From Minisyncoccota bacterium (lineage in GTDB: Bacteria; Patescibacteriota; Minisyncoccia; Phycocordibacterales; UBA9973), in contig JBAYUN010000005.1 in assembly GCA_041675085.1 (NCBI GenBank), positions 1-56,060 of the forward strand: DNA of 56,060 bases, read 5' to 3'. The notes beneath the pieces were generated by a model. That model had not been told where the DNA came from. It saw only the letters and a list, made by a program, of their open reading frames with translations, and did not search any database. Position numbers and translations under genes: made by a program. Of this stretch, positions 42,017-52,077 are shown one piece after another (position 1 is the stretch's first letter; each line of letters opens with the position of its first letter).

Positions 42017-45000
42017 TTACTTGTTTACAAAATTACGGAACCCATTGCCTACAATACCGTCAACTATTAGATTGTTTTCTTTTTGGAGTTTTAGCACAGC
42101 ATCGCGAGTCTTCCCTCCAAAGAAAGTTGTCTCTTTACCTGGACTACCTGCTCCAGAATCAGAGATAATATAACCTTTACAATTTAATATTTGTTGCAAC
42201 AATTTTACAGAAGAATCGTTCATATTCAAACGCAATAATCTCGGAGCAGAAGGTAGCACAGGGCAATTTGAAGAGACAGGCATCGTCGCATTGTTTGTTG
42301 TATTCGTACATTTCTTGCCTGTTGTTGTGCTAAAAATATTACCTATACTGCAACCAGTATCTATCAGATTAGATTCTCTACGTAAACGGTCTGATAATGT
42401 TTGAAGGAACGCAACAGAAACAGAACCAGCAGAAACAGTATCTGCCACTGGAGTAATTGGAGGAGTTGTAATTGTAAAAGCAGTAATAAATAAAGTATTT
42501 GAATTATTCAAAGTAGCATCAGTGATAACAATAGTACAATCAGCATAATCACCGACAGCTAAAATATTGAAAGAGATAGTGTTAGTTCCTACGGTAGCAG
42601 TATTAGTATCAGCAGTACAAGATCCTCCATAGGTAATATCTCCAGCCTCATTTGTTGTAAAAGAATAACTTGGTGTGGTATCACTAGAAGGAGTTACAAC
42701 AGGAGTCACTTCTGAAATCACCGGATCTGTAGTATCTATCACAAAAGTATTAATAGCTAATTCATTTGAATCATTACCTGCAGAATCAGTGACAAGAATT
42801 GTACAATCATTATAAGTACCGTCTAGAAGCGCGCTAAAATTAATTGTATTATTCCCTACTGTGGTTGTAGCTGTAGCCGAAGCACAAGATCCTCCATAGG
42901 TAATATCTCCTATTTCTGTAGAAGAGAAAGTGTAGCTTGGAGTAGTGTCGTCATCTGGAGTTACAACTACTGTCACCTCGTCTAAAATTGGAGCTGTTGT
43001 ATCTATAACTATAGCTTTATTAGTAGCTAGATTAGTATCAGGCACAAAGTCAGTCATTGTATTTGAGTATTGATCATTTATCGTACCTGAGATTGATTGC
43101 ACTGTTAGGTCAGAACTTTCATCCCCTGCCACAACTGTATAGTTACAAGTTCCTGTTGTAGAGTTTGTAATAGTGAATGTACAAGTTCTATCTGTGGTAC
43201 CAGTCTCTAAAGTCACAGTAACATTTCCAGTACTGGTAACTGCTTCAGAAAAAGTCACATCAATATCTATCACCTCTCCAACAGTATAAATGCCATTTGT
43301 CTTATTTGAATTTATATTTGTGATTGTTGGAGATTCTGCATCTACTTCACCTGTGTAAATATATCCATTTTCTCCTACAGCAACAACACTCAAACCATCA
43401 TCTGACATATCAATACTTTTCCAAGACCACACTGCAGTTTCTGTTGTCCAATCAACACCACCATTTGTAGAAAGCAAAACTGAATCAGCAGAAGCTAGTA
43501 AGATGCTTCCATCAAGGGAGCTAGAAATATCAGTCCAGTTTCTTTGTCCCGAATTTGTCTGCTCAACAAAATTTTCAGCATTGTCATTTGAAGTATAAAT
43601 ATAGCTACCATTAGTAGCTCCAAAAACTTTGACACCATCACCAGACACAGCCATACCAGTCCAAGCTTTAGAAGTAACTAAATTAATATTATTTAAAAAA
43701 TTTACACCAGCATTAATAGATTTACTAACATAAGAACCAGTTGGAAGTACATAAACTATACTACCATTAGAAGAAGAAGCTACAGCTTTCCAATCCAAAG
43801 AACCAGCAACAGACAAACTCCAATCAACACCACTATTTGTCGAGTAGTAAATAGTATTTGAATCATTGGTAGCTACTAAGTAAACACCATCAGAAGAAGA
43901 AGTTATATCATTCCAAGTTCTTTGACCTGAATTTGTTCTCTGTGTCCAAGTTGCCCCACTGTTACTTGAAGTATATATATAACCTCCATAATTAGCAGCG
44001 ACGAGTTTGACTCCATCAGAAGAAGAAGCTACCGAATCCCAATTTCTTACACCAGAAGAAGTTTGTTCCGTCCAAGTTGCTCCACTGTTATTTGAAGTAT
44101 ATATATAACCACTATTTACTACAGCAACAAGTTTGGTTCCATCTGACGATGAAGCTACATCCCTCCAATCTCTCTGCCCAGAGTTTGTTTGCTCAGTCCA
44201 GTTAATCTTACTCACAGGGAAAGCTTGTGGTGAAATAGAATTAGAAGCTGGAGAATTAATACTTGTACCCACTCCATTAGTCGCCGATACAGTAAAATTA
44301 TAAGAAGTCCCACTAGTTAGTCCAGTTACAAGAATGGGACTGCTAGAACCAGTGGCAACAATAGAACCAGGATTAGAAGTAACTGTATAAGAAGTTATAG
44401 CAGAACCATTTGAAGAAGGAGCAGAAAAAGATACTGAGGCCTTGTCACCATTTAAAGACAATACAACAGAAGCTGTCGGAGCCGAAGGAGTACTAGGCGC
44501 AGTCGGGGCTAATACAGTCACAGAAGCAATATTTGAATCAAGAGCTGTGCCAATAGCATTCACAGCCCTTACTCTAAATTGATAAGTAACTCCATTGGTA
44601 AGTCCCGTCACAGTCGCTCCCGTAGACGCAGACACACCATCATTAAAACTAATCCAAGGCAAATCTCCGGAAATTCTATAATCCACAAGATAGTCTGTAA
44701 TAGTACTACCACCATTTGAAGGTGCGGTCCAAGTAAGGTTGGTTGTAGTATTCCCCCATTCTGAAGCGGCTAAATTTGAAATAGGGTCAGGTATAGTACT
44801 AGGAGGCAGAGCTGCATCATTAACAACTAAAGCATTATCAAAAATCGAAGCAGTCGAACTACCTTGCAAAGCAAAAGCATGACTAGTCATAACAGGAGCT
44901 GTACCATCTACAGCTACAGTACACTGTAAAACATCATTTTTTAAAACCTGAAAAGAAGTTGCCGTAATCCTCATTGAGACTTTCGCTGCTGCTGTATAAC

Positions 45001-45439
45001 TTCCACAAGAAGTATTACTAGAATATTGACTTTCACCTCTTATAATATAAGCCTGGTAAGTAGTATTAGAGATTCTAATAAAATAGTAATCACCACTAGG
45101 AAAATCTCCATAAATCAAAAAAGCAAGTCCACCAGGGTTCGTAACGTTAGCAGACAAGGTCAGATTGTCCCCTTTTGCAAAAGAACTACTACTACGCAAA
45201 GAAGTCAGACCAAGAGGATTAGTACCATCTGTACCACTATTCCTAACATTCATAGTATTATTTTGTATATAGTCAACTCCCGATACACCTCCAACCAAAG
45301 TCCATTTTGAAGTATCTATCGTAGTACCAGTAAAGCTATCGGTCAATAAAGTCACACCGTGAGAAATATTTGGAAATAGTAAAATCCCAAATACCAAAAA
45401 TGGTACAAATTTAATTATGATTTTTTTATACAAAGACAT
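42017..45439 (-). CDS. giant secreted surface protein: ConA/LamG-like domain, 2 x FN3, BNR-type beta-propeller, Ig-like modules and a C-terminal peptidoglycan-binding domain
   Basis: Signal peptide. FN3 blocks (LTWTAPSNGGSTITDY...YQFRVRAVN). About 7 repeats of S.NSGATWT(E)QT.SG.R.W..V(A)SSSDG. C-terminus VKLLQQILNCKGY...GKTRDAVLKLQKEN. Confidence 0.7.
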   Translation of the reverse strand: MSLYKKIIIKFVPFLVFGILLFPNISHGVTLLTDSFTGTTIDTSKWTLVGGVSGVDYIQNNTMNVRNSGTDGTNPLGLTSLRSSSSFAKGDNLTLSANVTNPGGLAFLIYGDFPSGDYYFIRISNTTYQAYIIRGESQYSSNTSCGSYTAAAKVSMRITATSFQVLKNDVLQCTVAVDGTAPVMTSHAFALQGSSTASIFDNALVVNDAALPPSTIPDPISNLAASEWGNTTTNLTWTAPSNGGSTITDYLVDYRISGDLPWISFNDGVSASTGATVTGLTNGVTYQFRVRAVNAIGTALDSNIASVTVLAPTAPSTPSAPTASVVLSLNGDKASVSFSAPSSNGSAITSYTVTSNPGSIVATGSSSPILVTGLTSGTSYNFTVSATNGVGTSINSPASNSISPQAFPVSKINWTEQTNSGQRDWRDVASSSDGTKLVAVVNSGYIYTSNNSGATWTEQTSSGVRNWDSVASSSDGVKLVAANYGGYIYTSSNSGATWTQRTNSGQRTWNDITSSSDGVYLVATNDSNTIYYSTNSGVDWSLSVAGSLDWKAVASSSNGSIVYVLPTGSYVSKSINAGVNFLNNINLVTSKAWTGMAVSGDGVKVFGATNGSYIYTSNDNAENFVEQTNSGQRNWTDISSSLDGSILLASADSVLLSTNGGVDWTTETAVWSWKSIDMSDDGLSVVAVGENGYIYTGEVDAESPTITNINSNKTNGIYTVGEVIDIDVTFSEAVTSTGNVTVTLETGTTDRTCTFTITNSTTGTCNYTVVAGDESSDLTVQSISGTINDQYSNTMTDFVPDTNLATNKAIVIDTTAPILDEVTVVVTPDDDTTPSYTFSSTEIGDITYGGSCASATATTTVGNNTINFSALLDGTYNDCTILVTDSAGNDSNELAINTFVIDTTDPVISEVTPVVTPSSDTTPSYSFTTNEAGDITYGGSCTADTNTATVGTNTISFNILAVGDYADCTIVITDATLNNSNTLFITAFTITTPPITPVADTVSAGSVSVAFLQTLSDRLRRESNLIDTGCSIGNIFSTTTGKKCTNTTNNATMPVSSNCPVLPSAPRLLRLNMNDSSVKLLQQILNCKGYIISDSGAGSPGKETTFFGGKTRDAVLKLQKENNLIVDGIVGNGFRNFVNK

Positions 45440-45495
45440 TATGTTTATTATACCTCAAAAATAGGATTTAAGAGAATTTATTTGAGTGGAAAACT

Positions 45496-46404
45496 TTATT
45501 TTTGTTTACCTATGAGCGCATTTATTCTATCCTCTACGTTTGGATGAGTTGCAAAAAGTCCGCTGATTTTTTTACCGATTTGACTACCCTTTGTCCCCTT
45601 CGGATCAGCTAAATACATATGAGCTATCGCTCCAGATTGTCTTTGCATAGGACGACTGTGTTGTGAAATTTTACGTAGAGCACTCGCCAACCCTTCAGGA
45701 TAACGAGTGAGCATTGCTCCCGTAGCATCAGCCAAGAATTCCCTCTTGCGTGAGATAGCAAGCTGAATCAGAGTAGAAAAAATAGGAGCTAAAATAGCAA
45801 AGATTATTCCTACAATAATGAGTACACCACCCGCTTTACTATCACTATCATTATCTCTACCTCCTCCCCAAAGTAAATTCCTTAAAAACATATCAGCTAC
45901 GATAGATACGAAGCCAACCAAGACAACAACAGTAGTAGAGAGTAACATATCACGATTTCCAATATGACTCATCTCGTGAGCCATAACTCCTTCGAGTTCA
46001 TTTTTATCTAAGATAGCGAGAAGCCCAGTAGTCGCAGCCACGACTGCATGATTCTTGTCGCGACCTGTCGCGAAAGCATTCGGAGCAGGGTCATTGACCA
46101 CATAAACTTTAGGCATAGGTAAACCTGCAGTAATAGACAGATTCTCAACGATAGTATATAAATCAAAATACTCTTCCCTTTTGGCAAGCTTAGCTCCTGA
46201 GAGTTTAATAACAACTTTATCAGAATACCAATAAGAAACGATATTCATACCAATACTAAACAAAACAAAGAAATATAAAATGCTAGGATTCTGGTAGTAG
46301 TAAGAAAAGAACCAACCGAGCCCAATAACAATCACAAAAAACATAGACATAAGTAGCCATGTTTTTGTGATATTTTTTGATTGTTGTGTGTATAGTGTCG
46401 CCAT
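45496..46404 (-). CDS. htpX: M48 zinc metalloprotease HtpX
   Basis: HEMSHIGNRD motif, four TM helices and an ATHPNVEDRI C-terminus. Confidence 0.9.
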   Translation of the reverse strand: MATLYTQQSKNITKTWLLMSMFFVIVIGLGWFFSYYYQNPSILYFFVLFSIGMNIVSYWYSDKVVIKLSGAKLAKREEYFDLYTIVENLSITAGLPMPKVYVVNDPAPNAFATGRDKNHAVVAATTGLLAILDKNELEGVMAHEMSHIGNRDMLLSTTVVVLVGFVSIVADMFLRNLLWGGGRDNDSDSKAGGVLIIVGIIFAILAPIFSTLIQLAISRKREFLADATGAMLTRYPEGLASALRKISQHSRPMQRQSGAIAHMYLADPKGTKGSQIGKKISGLFATHPNVEDRINALIGKQK

Positions 46405-46418
46405 TTTTATCTACAATT

Positions 46419-46904
46419 TTATTCTATGATTATAGGTAGAAGAATATTCTTGTTTATACCTTCGTCTGGTCCTGCTGGATTATCATTTCTGATTTCCAAA
46501 TAGGCCGGACCAGTAGGTAGACCAGAAAGGTCGATAGTACCAGAGAAGGCTACCGGCTCGACTGTCATCCAGTCGCTAGTAGCTGTCGCGTTTCCTGCTT
46601 TTAATAAAGTCTCTTCAGTGTCTAAAATATTTATTAAAATATTCGCTTCAAAAAACCAAGCACCTTTTATAACACCATCAAAAGCTAGAATGCTTTTAGG
46701 TAATTTTGTACCAGGAAGTATTGAGAAGGCTACTAAGTCTTCTTTTTTACCCAAGATTTGATTTTCTAATATCAAGTTTGGATTATTTTCTACTGCACCA
46801 ATAGTATTTTCTTCTACGACTGGAGTCTTGGTCAAAAAATATACTGCTACTCCTAGAGCAAGTAATACCAAAATAATAATTATTGTTTTTCCGATTTTTG
46901 TCAT
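46419..46904 (-). CDS. Gmad2 immunoglobulin-like domain protein, membrane-anchored
   Basis: GAWFFEANILINILD and ATSDWMTVEPVAFSGTIDL blocks. Confidence 0.55.
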   Translation of the reverse strand: MTKIGKTIIIILVLLALGVAVYFLTKTPVVEENTIGAVENNPNLILENQILGKKEDLVAFSILPGTKLPKSILAFDGVIKGAWFFEANILINILDTEETLLKAGNATATSDWMTVEPVAFSGTIDLSGLPTGPAYLEIRNDNPAGPDEGINKNILLPIIIE

Positions 46905-46916
46905 ATATTTAATTTA

Positions 46917-46940
46917 TCCTGTCACTCGCGAGCGACGGGA
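46917..46940 (+). repeat. short dispersed palindromic element, copy 3
   Basis: TCCTGTC ACTCGCGAGC GACGGGA; same stem as copy 1, in the lemA-Gmad2 spacer. Confidence 0.5.
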
Positions 46941-46951
46941 CGAGTTAGCTA

Positions 46952-47512
46952 TTAAAATTTAACTTCAACATTTTGTTGAGCCACATCGTCATCTGCTAGA
47001 TCAAAGAATTCCATTTTAGCAAATCTAAAAATATTCGCGATTATGTTACCTGGGAATTGTTCGATGCGAGTATTCAAATCTCTCACATTAGTATTATAAA
47101 ATCTGCGTGAAGCTTGGATTTTATTTTCTGTATCAGATAGTTCTCTTTGTAATTCCAAAAAGTTAGTATTAGCTTTCAAGTCTGGGTACGCTTCTGCTAG
47201 TGCGAAGACGGACTTTAATGCACCTGTGAGCATATTCTCAGCCATAGCATGATCCTTGTTAGTACCTTGAGAATTCATCGCATTAGTTCTCGCTTCAGTA
47301 ACCTTTTCAAAAGTAGAAGACTCATGAGTAGCATAACCTTTCACAGTATTTACTAAATTCGGGATAAGGTCATATCTCCTTTTTAATTGAACTTCGATAT
47401 CAGCCCAAGCTTCTTTAGCACGATTGACTAGTGCAACTAGAGAGTTGTAAGCAGTCACTATCCAAATAATCAACAAAGCACCGATTCCTAAAAACACAAA
47501 AAAAGTATTCAT
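46952..47512 (-). CDS. lemA: LemA family protein
   Basis: N-terminal TM helix; YNSLV, WADIEVQLKRRYDLIPNLV and RRFYN blocks. Confidence 0.9.
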   Translation of the reverse strand: MNTFFVFLGIGALLIIWIVTAYNSLVALVNRAKEAWADIEVQLKRRYDLIPNLVNTVKGYATHESSTFEKVTEARTNAMNSQGTNKDHAMAENMLTGALKSVFALAEAYPDLKANTNFLELQRELSDTENKIQASRRFYNTNVRDLNTRIEQFPGNIIANIFRFAKMEFFDLADDDVAQQNVEVKF

Positions 47513-47572
47513 AATAAATTTAAAATTAAAATAATAAAATAACCTAACTATTTAATTATAGCACAAAATATG

Positions 47573-48472
47573 CTATTTAGACTTGAAAGTAGAAACCAAT
47601 ACCAATAAAGGTGAAGCTAAGAAAATAGAAGAATATGTTCCAAAGAACATTCCAGTTATTAATACAAGAGCAAAGTATTTTGTACTCTCAGGACCAAAGA
47701 AGAATAGCGCTACTAAAACAAGTATAGTACTTAGAGAAGTAGAAAGAGATCTAACAAATGATTGACTTAAACTCTTGCCTACAATGTTTCCAAAATCAGC
47801 TTTCGTGATATTTGGTTCAGTACTTAGGTTTTCTCTAATTCTATCAAAGATAACAATAGTATCAGACACAGACAGACCTAAAACTGTCAGAATAGCTACA
47901 ACAAACAAAGTATCAACTTCAGCTCCAAAGTAATAAGACAATAGAGAGAATATACCAATAGGGATTATAATATCATGCAACAATGAAACGATAGCGATAA
48001 ATCCATATCTCCATGAAGACACAGGTTTAGAGACTTTTCTGAATGCGTAAGCTATAAAACAAATAATAGCGAGACTCACTAGTACTATAGCGATAATAGC
48101 TTTTCTTGTAAGTTCACGTCCTACAGACGGTCCGATGGAGTTGAAAGCTGTTTCTTTCAAGGTATGTGCTCCATCAAGAGATAAAGTCTCTAAAAGTAAA
48201 TCGTGCTCAGGGTCTGTAAGATCACGAGACTTTATTAAATATCCGTTATCCCCTGCTGGTTGTATTAGAACAGAACCAAAATCAAGAGTAGCTATTTCTG
48301 CATTTAAAATATCTTGAGAAGGACGCGCTTCATCATACACAACTTCAGTCAAAGCTCCTCCTTTGAAATCAATACCGATTCTCAATCCGAAAACTGAAAC
48401 AGATATTATAGACAATAATACTAAAACTAATGAGATACCGATGAATATTTTTTTGTTTTTAATTATAAACAT
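47573..48472 (-). CDS. secF: protein translocase subunit SecF
   Basis: GIDFKGG and FDRIREN blocks with six TM helices, adjacent to secD. Confidence 0.9.
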   Translation of the reverse strand: MFIIKNKKIFIGISLVLVLLSIISVSVFGLRIGIDFKGGALTEVVYDEARPSQDILNAEIATLDFGSVLIQPAGDNGYLIKSRDLTDPEHDLLLETLSLDGAHTLKETAFNSIGPSVGRELTRKAIIAIVLVSLAIICFIAYAFRKVSKPVSSWRYGFIAIVSLLHDIIIPIGIFSLLSYYFGAEVDTLFVVAILTVLGLSVSDTIVIFDRIRENLSTEPNITKADFGNIVGKSLSQSFVRSLSTSLSTILVLVALFFFGPESTKYFALVLITGMFFGTYSSIFLASPLLVLVSTFKSK

Positions 48473-48485
48473 ATTTTTATTTAAA

Positions 48486-49868
48486 TTATTTTTTTACACT
48501 ACCACTCGTGATTCCACTTGAAAACAAGAATCTTGAAACCTTGCCTTCTTTTACCATAGCAAATGTTTTCATGAAAATACGAGTAATGACAATAGATGAG
48601 AATAAAGATACCAAAACCCCGAGGCCTAGAGTCAGAGCAAAACCTTTAATAAGAGAAGTACCAAACCAGAACAAAATAGTAGCTGTGATAAGACTAGAGA
48701 TATTAGAATCACGGATAGAAGTCCATGCTCTGTCAAAACCAGCTGTAACAGAATCTGCTATAGTTCTACCAGAACGCAACTCTTCTTTAACCCTTTCAAA
48801 AATCAAGATATTTGCATCCACTGCAATACCAAGTGAGATAATGAATCCAGCAATACCGGCTGCTGTTAGAGTCACAGGAATGAGTTTAAAGAAAGTAAGT
48901 ATAATAGCTACGAAGATACCGAGAGAGACAACAGCCAAAAGACCAGGAAGTCTGTACCAAAGTATTAAGAAAAGAGCTATCATTAAGAAACCGATAATGG
49001 CAGCTTTGACTCCAGCATCGATAGCACTATCACCTAAAGTCGCGCCGATAGTTTGTTTTGATATTAGTTCGATAGGTACAGGCAATGCTCCTGAATTCAA
49101 ACGTCCTACTAGTTGTTTTGCTTCTTCTGGATTAAAATTACCAGATATAACAGCTTCACCGTTTAGGATCTCTTCACGAACAACAGGAGTAGATATAGGC
49201 GCTCCGTCTAAGTATATAGCTACCATCTTGCCTACGTTAGCTTTTGTGATTTCAGCAAAAAGCTTTGTACCTTCTTCGTTGAATTGTAGGCTGACTCTAG
49301 GTTCACGAGTATTGATATCGAAATCCAAAACTGCTCTCTCTAAGTATCTACCAGTAAGGTCGGTAGAAGTAAATGCATTTGATAAATCTAAGTTTACTTG
49401 ACCATCTTCTCCAACTACTGCGTCTTGTATCGCTTGACTGTTTTCGATTTTGAATTCAAGTAATGGAGTTTGTCCGATCATTCTGACAGCTTCATCTACA
49501 TCAGTAACACCTGGAAGATCTACAATAAGCTTCTCTTCTCCTCCAGTAATAAATGAAGATTTTTGAATTTGAACTAGTGGCTCAGAAACTCCAAAAAGAT
49601 TGACTCGGCGTTCAATAACGTCTCTCAGAGCGTCCATAGAATTATCTACTTCCCCGTCAGCTACTAGAGACACATCCGCCTTGTAAACTAAATGACTTCC
49701 ACCTGAAAGATCCAAACCTAGACGGAAAGGATTATTTTTAAAGAAAGATTTTTCTGTTTCAAAAGATGGATTGAGTCTTGGTTCTGATTTGTAGATAAAT
49801 AGACCTAAAGCAACAGTTGCTAATAAGATTAGTAATACTAGTATTATTTTTTTCATTATTCTCCACAT
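48486..49868 (-). CDS. secD: protein translocase subunit SecD
   Basis: LGLDLSGG, GQTPLLEF and ANILIFERVKEE blocks. An alternative ATG is at 49856. Confidence 0.9.
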   Translation of the reverse strand: MWRIMKKIILVLLILLATVALGLFIYKSEPRLNPSFETEKSFFKNNPFRLGLDLSGGSHLVYKADVSLVADGEVDNSMDALRDVIERRVNLFGVSEPLVQIQKSSFITGGEEKLIVDLPGVTDVDEAVRMIGQTPLLEFKIENSQAIQDAVVGEDGQVNLDLSNAFTSTDLTGRYLERAVLDFDINTREPRVSLQFNEEGTKLFAEITKANVGKMVAIYLDGAPISTPVVREEILNGEAVISGNFNPEEAKQLVGRLNSGALPVPIELISKQTIGATLGDSAIDAGVKAAIIGFLMIALFLILWYRLPGLLAVVSLGIFVAIILTFFKLIPVTLTAAGIAGFIISLGIAVDANILIFERVKEELRSGRTIADSVTAGFDRAWTSIRDSNISSLITATILFWFGTSLIKGFALTLGLGVLVSLFSSIVITRIFMKTFAMVKEGKVSRFLFSSGITSGSVKK

Positions 49869-49944
49869 AAGATAGCCATATTCTATACGCTTTCAACAAA
49901 ATATGCAAATTGCTAATAAGTCAAAAATAAGATATAATATATAG

Positions 49945-50667
49945 ATGGAAAACAACAAAAATTATTTAGTGTTCGGAGCAATCTTAGGATTATCTCTCAT
50001 TATTAGTGCTGGTATAGGAGCTGCGACTTTTTACCAACTACGTTCGACAGACTATATCTCTTCGACTGGTAGTGCTAAAAAACCAGTATTAGCCGACAAG
50101 GTAAAGTGGACTGCAAATTTTAGCCGTCAAACAACTCTATCGACTCTCAAGGCTGGTTATACAAAAATGGATACAGACTTAAAAGAAGTTAAAGCTTTCC
50201 TATTAGCTAACGGTATTGCTGAGACTGCTATCACAATCTCCCCTGTCTATATGAATGAAGTATATGAGCAATACCCAAGTACTGACAAAAAATACACACT
50301 CATGCAAAATATTGAGATTAACGAAACTGATGTAAACAAGATTGATAATCTTTCTAAAAACACTACTCCGTTAATAGTAGATAAAGGAGTATTATTTGCT
50401 ACTAATTCTGTTGAATACTATTATTCTAAATTACCAGAAGCTCGCGTAGAATTACTAGCAAATGCTGTAGCAGATGCTAAGGCTCGCGCTGAACAACTAG
50501 CTATCGCTGGAGGCAAGAAGATCGGAGTATTACAATCTGCTTCAAGTGGTGTAGTGCAAGTCATGTCAGAAAACTCAGTAGAAGTATCTGATTATGGTAT
50601 GTATGATACTTCAAAAATCAATAAAGAAATCATGGTTACGGTCAAAGCTACTTTTGAAATAAAGTAA
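49945..50667 (+). CDS. SIMPL (DUF541) domain protein
   Basis: N-terminal TM helix; AVADAKARAEQLAIAGGKKIGVLQS block. Confidence 0.6.
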   Translation: MENNKNYLVFGAILGLSLIISAGIGAATFYQLRSTDYISSTGSAKKPVLADKVKWTANFSRQTTLSTLKAGYTKMDTDLKEVKAFLLANGIAETAITISPVYMNEVYEQYPSTDKKYTLMQNIEINETDVNKIDNLSKNTTPLIVDKGVLFATNSVEYYYSKLPEARVELLANAVADAKARAEQLAIAGGKKIGVLQSASSGVVQVMSENSVEVSDYGMYDTSKINKEIMVTVKATFEIK

Positions 50668-50688
50668 AAAGTTATAAATACAAAAATT

Positions 50689-50730
50689 AAAAAGAGGCGA
50701 AATTCATTAAATGAATTTCGCCTCTTTTTA
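50689..50730. terminator. bidirectional hairpin terminator
   Basis: AGAGGCGAAATTCATT/AATGAATTTCGCCTCT stem with flanking A/T runs. Confidence 0.8.
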
Positions 50731-51531
50731 ATAAAAAACAAAAAATAGCAACAAAAATATACCTAAAATTATTCTATAATAACCAAAAACAATAAAAGAA
50801 TTTTTCTGAATATAAGAGATAAGCCATTTGATAACAAAAAAAGCTACAACAAAAGATACAACGAAACCAACAAATAACGCCGTCCAATCGTCACGAGAAA
50901 AATCAAAACCTGTTTTATAAAGATCATAAATAGTCGCAGAGAGCATCGTGGGTATAGCTAAAAGAAAAGAAAATTCTGCTACCAAAGACCTAGAAATTCC
51001 CATCATTCTACCAGAGATAATCACAGAAAGAGATCTAGATACTCCCGGCACAACAGCCAAGGCTTGAGTCGTACCCATTATCAATAATTCTCTCATGCTT
51101 AGTGATTCTATGTTTTGTTTGTTACTTTCTACTATTTGCTTTTCTTGTTTTTTCTCAAAAAATATAATAAATACGCCACCTAAAATCAGAGTTATGGCCA
51201 TGAGCATAGTATTCCCTAATAAATGGTCTTTGATTAATTGATATAAAACAAAACCAATAATACCGGTAGGCAAAAAAGCAATTATAATATTTCTCCAGAA
51301 TACAGGTATGCCATATTTTGTATTAGAGAAATTAAAAATCTTTTTTTGATACAGAAATACAACTGCTAGTATCGCTCCTAGCTGGATAGTAATCTCGAAA
51401 CTTTTAACAAAATCCGTAGCCGGAATATTTAAAAACAATCGAGTGATATCTAAATGCGCAGTCGAAGATATCGGCAAGAATTCTGTAATCCCTTCAATGA
51501 TACCAAAAATTGTAGCTTGTATGATATTCAT
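50728..51531 (-). CDS. uppP: undecaprenyl-diphosphatase
   Basis: GIIEGITEFLPISSTAHL and PGVSRS blocks with eight TM helices. Confidence 0.9.
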   Translation of the reverse strand: MNIIQATIFGIIEGITEFLPISSTAHLDITRLFLNIPATDFVKSFEITIQLGAILAVVFLYQKKIFNFSNTKYGIPVFWRNIIIAFLPTGIIGFVLYQLIKDHLLGNTMLMAITLILGGVFIIFFEKKQEKQIVESNKQNIESLSMRELLIMGTTQALAVVPGVSRSLSVIISGRMMGISRSLVAEFSFLLAIPTMLSATIYDLYKTGFDFSRDDWTALFVGFVVSFVVAFFVIKWLISYIQKNSFIVFGYYRIILGIFLLLFFVFY

Positions 51532-52073
51532 TATTTATTTTCTCTCTTATAGAGATAGTTGAAAAAAGTAGCAATAATAATACCTAAAACATAGCCCCCT
51601 AAAATATCTACTGGATAATGCACCCCTGCCATAACTCGAGCTGTGCCGATAAGGATAGCACAAAATATCAAGAGCATTCCTACCTTTTTATGTAAAAAGT
51701 ATATAGAGAAAGCTAAAGCCATAAAGAAAGTCGCATGCCCCGAAGGAAAAGCATAGCCAGTAGCATAAAATAAATTTGAGACTTCAGGATAATTATTAAA
51801 AGGTCTTAATATAAAAAAAATGCTTTTTAGTATTTCCGAAGCGACTAATGCACTAAGTCCGATAATGAAAGCAAAAAAAGTTTCTTTAAATTTGTTAACA
51901 ACTTGCATAAAACCAGCATAGCGCAAAGACACATCATGATGCACTATCAGAAAAATCAAAGTAAAAAGCAAGACCAAATAAGGTAGCATATTAGCCAAAA
52001 ATATTATCACAGAATCAAACAAACTATTCTGGTTGGCTAAATTATGTAAACTGAAAAAGATAAAATTATTCAT
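51531..52073 (-). CDS. PAP2-family phosphatase
   Basis: PSGHATF and GVHYPVDILGG motifs. The ATG at 52073 avoids overlap with folD. The stop overlaps the uppP ATG (TAATG). Confidence 0.8.
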   Translation of the reverse strand: MNNFIFFSLHNLANQNSLFDSVIIFLANMLPYLVLLFTLIFLIVHHDVSLRYAGFMQVVNKFKETFFAFIIGLSALVASEILKSIFFILRPFNNYPEVSNLFYATGYAFPSGHATFFMALAFSIYFLHKKVGMLLIFCAILIGTARVMAGVHYPVDILGGYVLGIIIATFFNYLYKRENK

Positions 52074-52077
52074 ATAT

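Noticed and set aside
48508-49401. 297-aa ORF on the plus strand.
   Set aside because: It lies antisense to secD, whose translation carries clear SecD blocks. The antisense product is low-complexity (K/P/S/I-rich) with no motif. It is a shadow ORF.
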